Positions 31,881 to 42,230 are shown, numbered from the stretch's first letter. The stretch: 64,000 nucleotides of DNA from Thermococcus sp. JdFR-02 (GCA_002009975.1 MTLP01000032.1:32001-96000); one strand, 5' to 3'. The notes: generated from the letters alone by a model not told the origin. Translations and numbers: made by a program.

Positions 31881-32499
31881 AAGCTTCCACCACCTTGAGA
31901 ACTGACCTAGGGTAATCTTTAACGTATCTTTTCAGCACCCTCTTGTCTGCACGTGGAAGATACTCTTTAAAGGTTTTTAAGGCAAGCTCCTTTGAAATAG
32001 AGCGGTAATTTGCCAAATAAATGAAGTCCAAGAGCGTTTTTTCAAGGTTAGAATATTTTATCACACCTTGCTGCTTGATTCCAAATTTTGTAAGAGCAGG
32101 TTTAATTTTAATGAACTCCACGGTCTCGCCAGCTATTTTGATTGGCTTTGTCTTCTTCACCGTATCGCTGATGACAAAAATCTTAGTGAAGTACTCATGA
32201 GTCACTCCATTGAACCTCAGGGCTGTAAAGAGTCCAAAATACCATCCCAAAGTTCCCTTTTCCATAACCATAGCAATTAGCTCGTAAACACTTGGCTGGC
32301 TGTTTGAGAGGAACTCCTCCAAAGTCTTAACATAATAAACTCCCCTAAAAATCCTAATTACATAGCCTTTGAATTGGAGGTAGTTGAGCCACTTGTCAAT
32401 ATCTCTTACACCGAACTTCTCACCAACAGCTTTTAGTTCATCCTTTGAAATTATCTTCCCACCAAATTTTTTGAGAAGATACTTATTTACAAGCTTCAT
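31870..32499 (-). CDS. abiEi: AbiEi-type antitoxin / transcriptional regulator
   Basis: wHTH RIFRGVYY, YFGLFTAL, SNLEKTLLDFI; overlaps the toxin gene. Confidence 0.85.
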   Translation of the reverse strand: MKLVNKYLLKKFGGKIISKDELKAVGEKFGVRDIDKWLNYLQFKGYVIRIFRGVYYVKTLEEFLSNSQPSVYELIAMVMEKGTLGWYFGLFTALRFNGVTHEYFTKIFVISDTVKKTKPIKIAGETVEFIKIKPALTKFGIKQQGVIKYSNLEKTLLDFIYLANYRSISKELALKTFKEYLPRADKRVLKRYVKDYPRSVLKVVEAYEP

Positions 32500-32504
32500 G
32501 CCTT

Positions 32505-32553
32505 AAATTTAGTTCATAATCACTAATAAAATTTGTGGTTGTGAACTAAATTT
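32505..32553. promoter_or_regulatory. 19-bp inverted-repeat operator flanking the TATA box of abiEi
   Basis: aaatttagttcataatcac (32505-32523) and gtggttgtgaactaaattt (32535-32553), 2 mismatches; the 11-bp spacer reads aaattttatta on the minus strand. Confidence 0.75.
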
Positions 32554-32599
32554 GTTCCAATAACGGAACTATTATACCTATTCCACAAAATAATGGAAA

Positions 32600-33031
32600 T
32601 TATAACAAGCTTGCAATTAACTTGTAATCTTCCTCTGGTAACTCTCTCATAGCTTTGCCCATCAAGTGACCGCTCCACTTCTTCTTGTTTGTAATGAACT
32701 TGAGTTTTGGAATTAAGGGCTTAAATTCAACTTCTCCAAGCTTTGTTGGTTTAACTTTCACTCTTAAGGGATAAGTCTCATTCAAATGTGGTGGAGACTT
32801 GAAAATTTTTGTTGAGTCCTGATAAGGCTCACTTACGACTTCAAAAATACCAACGATTTTTGGCTCTAGAATTTGTTTATCCCTTCTCTCTTGCTTTACA
32901 TAAATGACAAGCTTATCACCAGGCTTAACTTTGGCGATGGTATTCTTGTGTCTCTTTGGTACACCCCAAACGTTCTTCCTTTTAATAACCTCCCAATTAT
33001 CACGGTTTGTAATGCAGAGCCAGTAGGTCAT
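32600..33031 (-). CDS. EVE domain protein (PUA-like modified-base reader)
   Basis: [33 protein letters not shown]; ATG 33031 after GGTGA. Confidence 0.9.
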   Translation of the reverse strand: MTYWLCITNRDNWEVIKRKNVWGVPKRHKNTIAKVKPGDKLVIYVKQERRDKQILEPKIVGIFEVVSEPYQDSTKIFKSPPHLNETYPLRVKVKPTKLGEVEFKPLIPKLKFITNKKKWSGHLMGKAMRELPEEDYKLIASLL

Positions 33032-33107
33032 AGGGATCACCAAAGTATTTTTGGGGATTCTTTGTAAATAAAACTTTTTAAAACCTAGCAATCGAACAAA
33101 AACCTAG

Positions 33108-34166
33108 TCACCGGTTAGCTTTTATTTTAACCCACGTGTCCAGATATTTTGTTCCAATACTCTCTATTCGTAATGGTATATCAGTGTAAAATAAGTCATT
33201 AAGCTTGATTATAATATTATATCCTTGGTTTCCATCCTCTAAGACGTTATCTAGTCGCTCTTGGATTGAAAGTAATTTAATTTTGTTTTCAATCTTTTCT
33301 TTAGGAAAGAATGCTATTTGCTGCCTTCGATAATAATTAAAGGAACTATTTTTATTTTTCGGATGTCGAATAATCCGCCATACCAGTGGATACATAAGTT
33401 TAGAGAGAGTATATTTAGCTTTTCCTTTTTTGGTTTTAACATTATAAGGCGCGTGTATATTTCCGTAGACTGTTCCTAATATCAAGTCTATGAATTGCAG
33501 CAAATTAGAAGCCCCATATAAGTCATTGTTATCTTTATAGGAATGATGATTAGAATCAACAAAGATCACGTTGCTGTTCTTTATATGTAATCCCTTTCTT
33601 AACATTATAGGGACTTGTCTTTGAAAATTGGGACTTTTTGATTGGGCCCCCTTATCGTGGTATATGTTTCTAATTATAACATCACCACCAAAAAAGAATT
33701 TTGCACCTCCTATAATAGTTGTACGGAAAAATCTAGAATAAATTGGAAGCAGGCTTCGTTTTCCTCCGAATTTTTTGTAGTCAATGTTGTTTAAATTAAT
33801 TCCTAAAATATTAAAATAAACTAAATCTAGCCCCCTTTTATTGTTTTCTTCAATCAGAAATTCTATCCAGCTTTTTGCAATTTGATATTTGCGAGAACCG
33901 ATTTTACCCATTTCGGTATAGTGTATCCGATCATCGCTCCTATAGTGGAGTCTTTTACAATCAGTATTTTTGTGAAAATTCGAACATAATTTTGGATCAA
34001 CATGCCACTTACTCGACATTATGCATCTTTTCTTAAGAAGTTGCTCCACCAGTTCGTTTCTTTTGTTGACAGGAACAAATAATGCCCCAATATACATGAA
34101 ATTTATTCTCTTATTAGGGTCTGGTTGTATTTCATCAACAAAAACATCAACTTCTAAAGATGACAA
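33108..34166 (-). CDS. DUF3800-like protein (putative RNase H-fold nuclease)
   Basis: N-terminal VFVDE, central HYTE, C-terminal LLQFIDLILG, matching the DUF3800 pattern; TTG start after GGTGGTGAG. Confidence 0.55.
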   Translation of the reverse strand: MSSLEVDVFVDEIQPDPNKRINFMYIGALFVPVNKRNELVEQLLKKRCIMSSKWHVDPKLCSNFHKNTDCKRLHYRSDDRIHYTEMGKIGSRKYQIAKSWIEFLIEENNKRGLDLVYFNILGINLNNIDYKKFGGKRSLLPIYSRFFRTTIIGGAKFFFGGDVIIRNIYHDKGAQSKSPNFQRQVPIMLRKGLHIKNSNVIFVDSNHHSYKDNNDLYGASNLLQFIDLILGTVYGNIHAPYNVKTKKGKAKYTLSKLMYPLVWRIIRHPKNKNSSFNYYRRQQIAFFPKEKIENKIKLLSIQERLDNVLEDGNQGYNIIIKLNDLFYTDIPLRIESIGTKYLDTWVKIKANR

Positions 34167-34360
34167 TGTCTCACCACCAACTATTATATTAAGTAATTAA
34201 AATTTTGACTAAGAAAGTTATAAATATATTTGTGAAAATTATTACATAAACTACCAATATACAAGTTAAGTTTTATCACTTTGTTAATTAAAAATGCTAC
34301 ATATTAACGACGGTTCAAATCTCTTAAAAGAAACAGAAAAATTGGATGTTGTTGTATCTA

Positions 34361-34870
34361 CTATTCTGACGGAAGGTACAAAATAATGGAACAATTATCC
34401 AAGTTATATCCCAAAATGTAAATTTCCTTGCTTTCTTCCCTTTCAAGAATCTTATTTAATCTATTTCTTAGAATTTTCTCTGTCCCGAAGAGAATCAACA
34501 CTGGAATAACATAGTCTAACTTTTCCTTAAAACACTTTAACTTCATTATATCCGCCAAAATGTCATCGAAAGATCTCGATGCCAGTTTGATCTCAATAAT
34601 AGCATAATTCTTGTCTTTCCTATTGGGAACATGAATTAGGAAATCAGGCATCTTTCTAGCACACTTTGGATAATAATACTGAAAACGTTTATCGAACTCT
34701 CCATGAAATGCTATCTTGCCTTCTCGTATTTCACTTTCTAAAAGCTTTCTCAATTGATAATAAAACTCATACGCTATTGGTCTTTCTTGAAATCTTACTT
34801 TCCCATTCTTATCTTTAGGAAGAGTGTAATTTCTTTTATCCATCATGCAAAGTGCTTTTATTACAAGCAT
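34361..34870 (-). CDS. PD-(D/E)xK-like restriction endonuclease-fold protein
   Basis: ERPIAYEFYYQL, PDFLIH, IIEIKL, DIMKL; ATG 34870 after GAGG. Confidence 0.6.
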   Translation of the reverse strand: MLVIKALCMMDKRNYTLPKDKNGKVRFQERPIAYEFYYQLRKLLESEIREGKIAFHGEFDKRFQYYYPKCARKMPDFLIHVPNRKDKNYAIIEIKLASRSFDDILADIMKLKCFKEKLDYVIPVLILFGTEKILRNRLNKILEREESKEIYILGYNLDNCSIILYLPSE

Positions 34871-34877
34871 CAGATAT

Positions 34878-35558
34878 TTACCTCTCACGTTTTTCACCTT
34901 GAATAATCAATTTAAATTGCTCAATTAGGGATTTCACAATATTTTCAACGAGAACCTCATCCTCTATTTCAAAAAGTTTCTCACCAATGTAATTAGAAAA
35001 CACCACTAAACCGTGCTTCTTGTTAAATTCATCCAGTTCTTTCCCAAGAGCTTCCGAGAAACGCTTCTGTTTCTCTTTAATCTCATTTAAACGTCCAGAT
35101 TCCCCAGCTTTTTCAATGATATAGGGAAAATAATCAACAAAAAGATTGTAATCTGGCTTTTCTTCTTTAAAAGATTCGATCATCATTTTTATTATTCTCC
35201 AGTCTTCTTTTGAGAAATACTGTTTGAAATCCTCTTCATTCAGTTTAATAATCTTTAAAGTCTCTTTCATAGCATTTGTAAAACCAATGTAGCTCTTTTC
35301 GAGTTGATCAACGATTTTCTTTGCCTTTTCTTCCGGATCTTGGGCCTCAGTTATAAATCCATATACCGATATACTCCCAACAGCATAAGCCAAAGAATCT
35401 GCCAACTGCTCATAAGACCTAATTAGCTTTTTAGACGCTTCAGATAATAAAAGTTGCAAATCTTCCTCAAGCTCTTTCTTTTTAAGAATTTCAGTGATTT
35501 TTCCATAAAGAAAACCAAGAAGACGCAAATAAATTGATTGTTCTATCAAAAGAGTCAC
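34878..35558 (-). CDS. Hypothetical alpha-helical protein
   Basis: 226-aa ORF tightly packed in the methyltransferase operon. Confidence 0.6.
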   Translation of the reverse strand: MTLLIEQSIYLRLLGFLYGKITEILKKKELEEDLQLLLSEASKKLIRSYEQLADSLAYAVGSISVYGFITEAQDPEEKAKKIVDQLEKSYIGFTNAMKETLKIIKLNEEDFKQYFSKEDWRIIKMMIESFKEEKPDYNLFVDYFPYIIEKAGESGRLNEIKEKQKRFSEALGKELDEFNKKHGLVVFSNYIGEKLFEIEDEVLVENIVKSLIEQFKLIIQGEKRER

Positions 35559-35561
35559 CTC

Positions 35562-35969
35562 TCAAAGCTTAACAATAGTCAGCTCTATTCCAGCATCCTC
35601 CTTGTATTGCTGCATTTCATAAACTTCCACTCCGCTTATCTCCATCACAATTCCGCAAAATTCTATCTGGTCTCCAAGCTCGGTTATCCTTGGCACCTCT
35701 AAGACCTTCATGCAATTGACCTTTGTTAAAGCGGTCTTAAGCATTGACAGTGCCAAGTCCAGATCCACAAACTCTTCGTTAAGGAACTTGCAGACATCTT
35801 CAATGATGATGCATTTCAAGCCCGATGAGTTTATTTTTCCCAGTTGTGCTTTCCTTATAAACTCTAAAGGCTTCATTGACTCAACATCATAACCTAAACT
35901 TTCCATGAAAGCTTTAAATTTTGAAAGATGTTTAGAGGGAAGAAAATAGAGCTTTGAAGCGCTCGTCAT
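35562..35969 (-). CDS. Hypothetical protein
   Basis: 135 aa; ATGA overlap with the methyltransferase stop, GGTGAGG RBS. Confidence 0.65.
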   Translation of the reverse strand: MTSASKLYFLPSKHLSKFKAFMESLGYDVESMKPLEFIRKAQLGKINSSGLKCIIIEDVCKFLNEEFVDLDLALSMLKTALTKVNCMKVLEVPRITELGDQIEFCGIVMEISGVEVYEMQQYKEDAGIELTIVKL

Positions 35970-38821
35970 TTCTTCCTCACCTTTATGAATTCATCCAATC
36001 TTTTCTGTTCCTTAGCTTCCTCCATTTTCTCAATTGCAATTTCATGCAAACCTACATTGCATATTCCCACAAGGATGTCTTTTAGTCTGAGTTTTTCCTT
36101 TTGTAGATTCTTGTTCTTCGTTTCTTCTGGAAGAACCTCGTATAATGCTTTTGCAACTTCGCAGATGTAATGTCCGCCTTTTGCCAAGATGGTTGCTACC
36201 TTGTCTATACTTTCACCATCTTCGAGGGCTCTTATTGCTCTGTGGAGAATGTTGATCATTAAGTCCTCTTTTAATGACTTTTCGTCTCTCTCAAATGCGT
36301 TATAAAGCTTAACTGCTTTCGTTCTCTTTCCTTCCACATCAACTTTCTGGAACTTTCCAATGTTATGTTTGATCACTATTTCCTCCACTGGGTCTCCTTC
36401 AGTTGTGCCTAAAGCTAATGCTATCCTTCTTGCATCGTCATAGTCAATTATATCTCCATAACCTAAGCTGTAAGCCAATACATAGAACTTCGTTGGAGCA
36501 TCGACATCACCTATATGCGGAGCAACTTTCTTGAGTGTGTGATTGATAACTATTCCAACAGCCCTGTTTAGTGCTTCATCAAGTATTTGCTCTGGTGTTC
36601 TTTCACCACTTGGATCTTTTACTGGCCATCCTTCACTGACTATTCTTAATGCCTCTGCCTGAGCACCCATAACCAAATCTGGACCAAATAAACCATAGCT
36701 TTCCAACTCTTCAATTCTCTCGAGGATTTTTTCGTCGAAGTCTCTCATGACGTCAGGGAGCCATGCCCCTTCTCCTTGCCTCTTTCTGCATACGAAGAGA
36801 ATTGACGTTCTTAGTGCAGCTTTTCCTGCTATATGTAGGCTCCGTTCCATCTCACTTCTAACGCTCCACATTGCAGATATTGAGTAGCCCGCATCTAACA
36901 GAGCTTTAACTGTCTTAATCCAAGCTTCACCTGCTTTGTGAGCGAACCAGATTAATAATAGACCATCATCTGCTAAAGCATCTCTCATGTTTTTGAAAAT
37001 TCTCTTAATCTTGTCCTCGTATCTCTTTTCTGCCAATTTTTTCCATCTAACTTCGTTGTAAACTGCTTCTTCGCTCTTTGGAACTTCAAGGAATTGATAA
37101 GCCTCTGGGTAAATATCCTTTAGAATCAGCCTAAACCACACATAGAAATAGTCTGAAAGCTCTCCATGCTGAACTGCTCCATAGTATGGTGGATCTATGA
37201 AGATCACATCCAAATCTTTGTATTTTTGAGTTGTTTCTTCAGCGTCCCCGTAAACAACTTCAACCTGAGAATTTGAGTCTTTGAGACGTTTAACAATTCC
37301 CCTAAGTGCCTTAATAGAGTTTCTTAATGCCCATTCTGCACTTGCATTAGAAGAAAGCATATCGAATTCTCCATAATCCCAAGTCCATGCATAAGCATGA
37401 CTATCAAAAGTCCCTCTAATAACTCCTCTCGGTCTATTCCAGCTTGTTAAAGTTGAATTATAGTTTATTATCTTACCAAGCATTAATGTCAAATAAGCAA
37501 TTATTGCCTTTGCATAGTCTTCTGCTTCTTCTCTGCTCTTTCCTTTTCTCAATTCTTCATTAAGGATTTCATTGTATGTTTCTTTAATCAGTTCAACCAA
37601 CTTTGCATGAACTAAGAGCTGTCTTGCATTGAAGAGTTGGTAGAAGTGCTGAATTCCTTTAAGCATTGGTTCTTTTGTCTTTTCTCCAACAGGAATTTGC
37701 TGAATTGGAACTAACTCCTTCGCAACTAATTCATCCCATTGATTTTTCAGATCTTCCTCAGCTTTCTTGTAAGCTTCTATCATTTCTGGAGTTGGCTCGT
37801 AGTATTTTCTATTCTTACCTCCACCCATAACAACGGCAACCATTTTGTGAGGATGTACCCCTTTGTATTCTTGGGCTTCCCTCTCTTCAATGAATATTTT
37901 GTATTGCTCTTTCACTTTCTCTGGTTTGAGCACATACCCACAGCCCATACATTTGACTGCTCCTCTTGCTTGATTCCCTTCAGTCTCGAATTGAACACCT
38001 TTAAATGGTCCATCAGTTACTTCAACCAAGTCAATAGTGGTGTTCCCTTTCTTACGAGAACTTATTTTCTTGACTTTAACAACATGGAGCTCAATGTTAT
38101 TCCCTTTAACTTCTGGATACAAAGCGTAACCCCGTTCCCTATCGAGCCATTTGCTCATTAGAATTGGTATCTCCCTTCCACAGTGAGTACACTTTACTGT
38201 TTTAACCCAAATATAACCATCTGGTTGTCCCCCAATTGGGTGAGGAGGATAATATTCCTTAACTTCTTCCTTCAGCTTTTTAATGAGCTTTTTGCCATAC
38301 TTTTCGACATCAACAACTAATTTTTCACCATATTTCACAGGATACTCAAGAGAAGCCTTTAGAATTGTGAATGCAACTGGATTGTACTCTCCGGCAATTA
38401 CTTTTTCATAGCCAACTCTAATCATTTCAAAGGGTATAGATCCACCCCCAGCCATAAAGTCTGCCCCAGTTAGGATTTTGACAGGCTTAATCTCAATATC
38501 ATCAACATTAATATTGAACTTTGATAAAGGAGTAGGGTTCTGTCTTTCGGCAATTGAGTAATCAAATCGTTTACCAATAACTTTTAAAGGATCCCCTTTT
38601 ATTCCCATGTGATAAAGAAGTTGTTTCCTAATTTCATCATTTATTTCAATTTCAGGCAGAACAGCTAAATAAGAAGCAATTCTTGAAGGAATTAGAGGTT
38701 TTCTTGTCCAATATACATGGAGGAAATAAATTGGGGGCAGTATATTTGGTCCTCCTCTTTCCCTACTTGCCTCAACACTTGCTTCAACAACTGGGAACCA
38801 TTTTTCAATTAAACGCCTCAT
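35966..38821 (-). CDS. DUF1156 adenine-specific DNA methyltransferase with zinc ribbon
   Basis: HVYWTRKPL, DFMAGGGSIPFE (SAM-binding), CTHCG/CMGCG, IDPPYY catalytic motif. Confidence 0.9.
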   Translation of the reverse strand: MRRLIEKWFPVVEASVEASRERGGPNILPPIYFLHVYWTRKPLIPSRIASYLAVLPEIEINDEIRKQLLYHMGIKGDPLKVIGKRFDYSIAERQNPTPLSKFNINVDDIEIKPVKILTGADFMAGGGSIPFEMIRVGYEKVIAGEYNPVAFTILKASLEYPVKYGEKLVVDVEKYGKKLIKKLKEEVKEYYPPHPIGGQPDGYIWVKTVKCTHCGREIPILMSKWLDRERGYALYPEVKGNNIELHVVKVKKISSRKKGNTTIDLVEVTDGPFKGVQFETEGNQARGAVKCMGCGYVLKPEKVKEQYKIFIEEREAQEYKGVHPHKMVAVVMGGGKNRKYYEPTPEMIEAYKKAEEDLKNQWDELVAKELVPIQQIPVGEKTKEPMLKGIQHFYQLFNARQLLVHAKLVELIKETYNEILNEELRKGKSREEAEDYAKAIIAYLTLMLGKIINYNSTLTSWNRPRGVIRGTFDSHAYAWTWDYGEFDMLSSNASAEWALRNSIKALRGIVKRLKDSNSQVEVVYGDAEETTQKYKDLDVIFIDPPYYGAVQHGELSDYFYVWFRLILKDIYPEAYQFLEVPKSEEAVYNEVRWKKLAEKRYEDKIKRIFKNMRDALADDGLLLIWFAHKAGEAWIKTVKALLDAGYSISAMWSVRSEMERSLHIAGKAALRTSILFVCRKRQGEGAWLPDVMRDFDEKILERIEELESYGLFGPDLVMGAQAEALRIVSEGWPVKDPSGERTPEQILDEALNRAVGIVINHTLKKVAPHIGDVDAPTKFYVLAYSLGYGDIIDYDDARRIALALGTTEGDPVEEIVIKHNIGKFQKVDVEGKRTKAVKLYNAFERDEKSLKEDLMINILHRAIRALEDGESIDKVATILAKGGHYICEVAKALYEVLPEETKNKNLQKEKLRLKDILVGICNVGLHEIAIEKMEEAKEQKRLDEFIKVRKK

Positions 38822-38912
38822 GTTTTCACCATCCCAAGAATAATTTATAACAACCCTTATAAGTTTGCATCATCAATAGTTATAAGAGTATTGGCTGAAA
38901 TGGGTGGTTATC

Positions 38913-41900
38913 ATGAAAAGAGTATGGGAGGTTCTTGTTCCTCATGATGAAGTTATCCAAGGAAAGCTCACCGAGAATAGTTTTGTTGGAAACTTGGGAA
39001 GCGTTTGGGAGAAGAGAGAACTCGGTAAAGATGTTAACGTTGAGGAGAGATACTATAACCCAAGAATGTTCATTGAGAGAACTTATCTCACATCCAAGAT
39101 GAGAGAAGTTGTAACAGAAATATTCCAACGTTTAAACGGAGCCAATGGAAGACCAATTTATCATTTAAGGGTTGGACTCGGTGGAGGTAAGACTCACACA
39201 TTGCTCTTGCTCTATCACTTAACAAAAAGCTGGAATGAAATAGGCCCAATCTTTGCCTCGAAATTTGGATTAAATCTTTGGTTGCCTCCAAATGTTAGAA
39301 CTGTTGTAGTAGATGGGACAAAACTTGAAATCTTCGGTTATCCTTTCCCTGATGGCACTGAGGTAAAAACCATCTGGGGCATGATACTGAAGCAACTCGG
39401 AGAATACGATGAAAAATATGACTCTTGGGACTATGTTCCCTCTACAACAGTCTTAAAAGAAGCATTCAACAAAGCTCCAACGCTCATTCTCATAGACGAG
39501 CTAACTCTATACATTGAAAGACTTGACGAAGATAAACAAGAGAAAGTTAAGGCATTTATTCAAAACTTGACAACTGCAGTTGAAGAAACTTATACGACAG
39601 CATTGCTCATAGCCACTCCCGAGGGAGAATTTGAGAAAGCATTTAGAAAAATCAAGAACATTCTCGAAAGATACAGCTCAATCAAAATAGTAACCTCTCC
39701 TGATGAGTCAAAACACATTAGGAGAATAGCCCTCTTCAAAGGCAATTATTTCTTGGAAACTGCAAAAGAAGTTGCTCAGGCATATAAAGAAGCATATTTG
39801 AGAGAAAACATAACGCTTTCTACTGATATAATGGATATTATAGTTAAGAGCTATCCCTTCCATCCGGCCGTTGATATGCTTCTGGAAAAGCTCAAAGGCA
39901 GCAAAGAGTTCCAGTTAGTTAGGGATGAATTGAGATTCCTTGCAAGTTTAGTTTATTCAGTATATAAGAACAAACCCAAAGATGCTTACTTGATAACTCC
40001 TTCTCACATTGATATCACAGATGATTATGTAATGGCAGGAACGATAGCAAAAATTGGAGATGTTTTCCTAGTTAGCAGATTAAAAGGAGATTGGAATAGG
40101 CTCAATACAATTGAAGACAAAGAAATTGGAGATTTGGCAAAGAAAGTTCTAGGATTTATTGTGCTGAATTCTCTTGTTGAAACTGTTCCGGGTGAAAGTG
40201 GAACCGATAGAAATGCCATATACTTTGCTCTCCTATCTCCGAAAGTCAGCAAAAGCCTCCTTGACTCTGCAATTAACGAAGTCTTAAAACGCACTTGGTT
40301 CGTTTCAGTTGATCCAAACACTGGAAGACTATTCTATGGAAAACCAAACATCAACAAGATAATCAGTGATTACACAGAGACCATCAAAAACAAGAATCCA
40401 GAAATCTGGAAGGATATAATAAAAGAAACCCTCGATAAATGGCTTGATGATAATTTCAAAAAGTACATGAGGCATTCCAAGGAAAGAATCTTCCAAAAGA
40501 ATAAAATCATAATGTGGGCCTCTTCATCAGACATGATACCTGACTCCAACGATTATGCTCTAAAACTTGCCTTTGTGAGTTGGGATAGAGCAGCCAATGA
40601 TAAAGAAGAGGTGATCAAACAAGTAAAAGAATTCTTTGAATACTATGGAACCAGACCCAGAGAATATAAAAATACGGTTGTATTCCTAGTCCCAGATATA
40701 GAAACAACTGAAAAAGCAAAGGAGGTAGCATATAGGCTTAAAGCAATTGAACTCATCGAAGAGGAAAAGGAAAAGAATCCCGATCTGAAGACAAAAACCA
40801 TAGAAAGATCACTGGAGCTTGAAAAGGCTAGAAATATTACACATTTAAGCCAACTAACTATATTGAGCTACAAATATCTTGTCTATCCCTATGGAGACCT
40901 AAAAGTAGATGAACTTGAAACTACTGAACTGTTACATGAGAACATACTTCTGAAAGTCGAAGAAAAGCTCCTAAATCGTGGAAAGGTCCTGAGAAACTTA
41001 TCTCCTTCCGCATTAGTGGAAAGATACTGGCCCAAAGATAAGAAAAAAATAGAAGTACGTGAACTAAAAGAGTACTTCTACAAAGTCCCAAGCTTTGAAT
41101 ATGTCCCTAAACCAGAGATAATAGAAAAGGCAATAATTGAAGCTGTGAAATTGGGATTGATTGCATATATTGATGAAAGTGGAAAAGCGTACACAAAAAC
41201 TTCAATCTTTAAGCTTTCAGACAGGGGTGTTTTAACAAAAGACGTAAGGATGATAAAATTAACAATAACGGTTAGAGACAAAGAAGGAAAACCTGCAGAC
41301 AATATCGGAATATATGTGGACGGAAAAAGAATACGCTCAGGAGAAGCTTTAGAAGACCTTCCCGGTTCCAAACATGTGATCAAAATAGAGCTTCCCAAAG
41401 ACTATGAATTCTTAGGATGGAGCGATGGAGCAAAAGAGCTTGTCAGAGAAGTTACACTTGAAAAGGACATTCATTTAGAGGCCCTCGTGAAAAAGAAAGA
41501 AAAGAAACCCAAAATAAAAATCACAATAAAAACTGTTGATTTAGATGGAAATGTCATAAATGCTCCAATAATAGTGGAATCCGAAGAAATTGGAAAAGAA
41601 AGCGGGTTTGGACATCTTGAAATTTCAATTTCAGAAGAAACCCCGATTAGGATCATAGTACATTCAACTGGAAATTACAGGTTCGTTTCATGGCAAGGAG
41701 GAGGAAGTAGTGAGGAAGTTACACTACGTCCACGTAGTAATCTGGAGCTAGTTGCACTGTTCAAAAAAGTAAGTAAGCCACCAGAAGGTCCAGAAGGTCC
41801 TATTGAGAGATGGGAATTAATTAGAGAATCTGGAACAATTGAGAAGGTTATAAGAACGATCCGTTCTAACCTAAAGAAAGAGACCAGATACGTTAAAATA

Positions 41901-42230
41901 ACCATAAAACTATCCCTGAAGGAATTTATTGAGAACATAAATATCCTAACATCCCTAATAAAAGGAGGAAAGTGTACAATATCCTTACAATCCTCAATGC
42001 CACACTTAGGATTTGAAAAGCTGTTAATGGAAGCCGAGGGAGATCTAAGCAAGATAACTAATTTAAGACAGTTACTAACACAGGCTGGGTTCTTCTTTAA
42101 GGAGATTACGTTGAGAATAGAAAGAGAACTGGAGACACTTGAGATAGTAAAAGAAGTCATTGACATAGATGTCTTGGAAATTCTCCCCGCCTCTTCGGAG
42201 ACGACTGTTGAAATGGAGGTGAAAACATGA
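38913..42230 (+). CDS. DUF499 AAA+ ATPase (BrxC/PglY-related) with C-terminal beta-rich repeats
   Basis: GLGGGKTHTL Walker A, TIWG, LILIDE Walker B, SYPFHP, FQLVRDELR, YKNTVVFLVPD. Confidence 0.85.
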   Translation: MKRVWEVLVPHDEVIQGKLTENSFVGNLGSVWEKRELGKDVNVEERYYNPRMFIERTYLTSKMREVVTEIFQRLNGANGRPIYHLRVGLGGGKTHTLLLLYHLTKSWNEIGPIFASKFGLNLWLPPNVRTVVVDGTKLEIFGYPFPDGTEVKTIWGMILKQLGEYDEKYDSWDYVPSTTVLKEAFNKAPTLILIDELTLYIERLDEDKQEKVKAFIQNLTTAVEETYTTALLIATPEGEFEKAFRKIKNILERYSSIKIVTSPDESKHIRRIALFKGNYFLETAKEVAQAYKEAYLRENITLSTDIMDIIVKSYPFHPAVDMLLEKLKGSKEFQLVRDELRFLASLVYSVYKNKPKDAYLITPSHIDITDDYVMAGTIAKIGDVFLVSRLKGDWNRLNTIEDKEIGDLAKKVLGFIVLNSLVETVPGESGTDRNAIYFALLSPKVSKSLLDSAINEVLKRTWFVSVDPNTGRLFYGKPNINKIISDYTETIKNKNPEIWKDIIKETLDKWLDDNFKKYMRHSKERIFQKNKIIMWASSSDMIPDSNDYALKLAFVSWDRAANDKEEVIKQVKEFFEYYGTRPREYKNTVVFLVPDIETTEKAKEVAYRLKAIELIEEEKEKNPDLKTKTIERSLELEKARNITHLSQLTILSYKYLVYPYGDLKVDELETTELLHENILLKVEEKLLNRGKVLRNLSPSALVERYWPKDKKKIEVRELKEYFYKVPSFEYVPKPEIIEKAIIEAVKLGLIAYIDESGKAYTKTSIFKLSDRGVLTKDVRMIKLTITVRDKEGKPADNIGIYVDGKRIRSGEALEDLPGSKHVIKIELPKDYEFLGWSDGAKELVREVTLEKDIHLEALVKKKEKKPKIKITIKTVDLDGNVINAPIIVESEEIGKESGFGHLEISISEETPIRIIVHSTGNYRFVSWQGGGSSEEVTLRPRSNLELVALFKKVSKPPEGPEGPIERWELIRESGTIEKVIRTIRSNLKKETRYVKITIKLSLKEFIENINILTSLIKGGKCTISLQSSMPHLGFEKLLMEAEGDLSKITNLRQLLTQAGFFFKEITLRIERELETLEIVKEVIDIDVLEILPASSETTVEMEVKT

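Noticed and set aside
33032-33107. DUF3800-associated structured RNA
   Set aside because: The gap is short and AT-rich with no convincing stems
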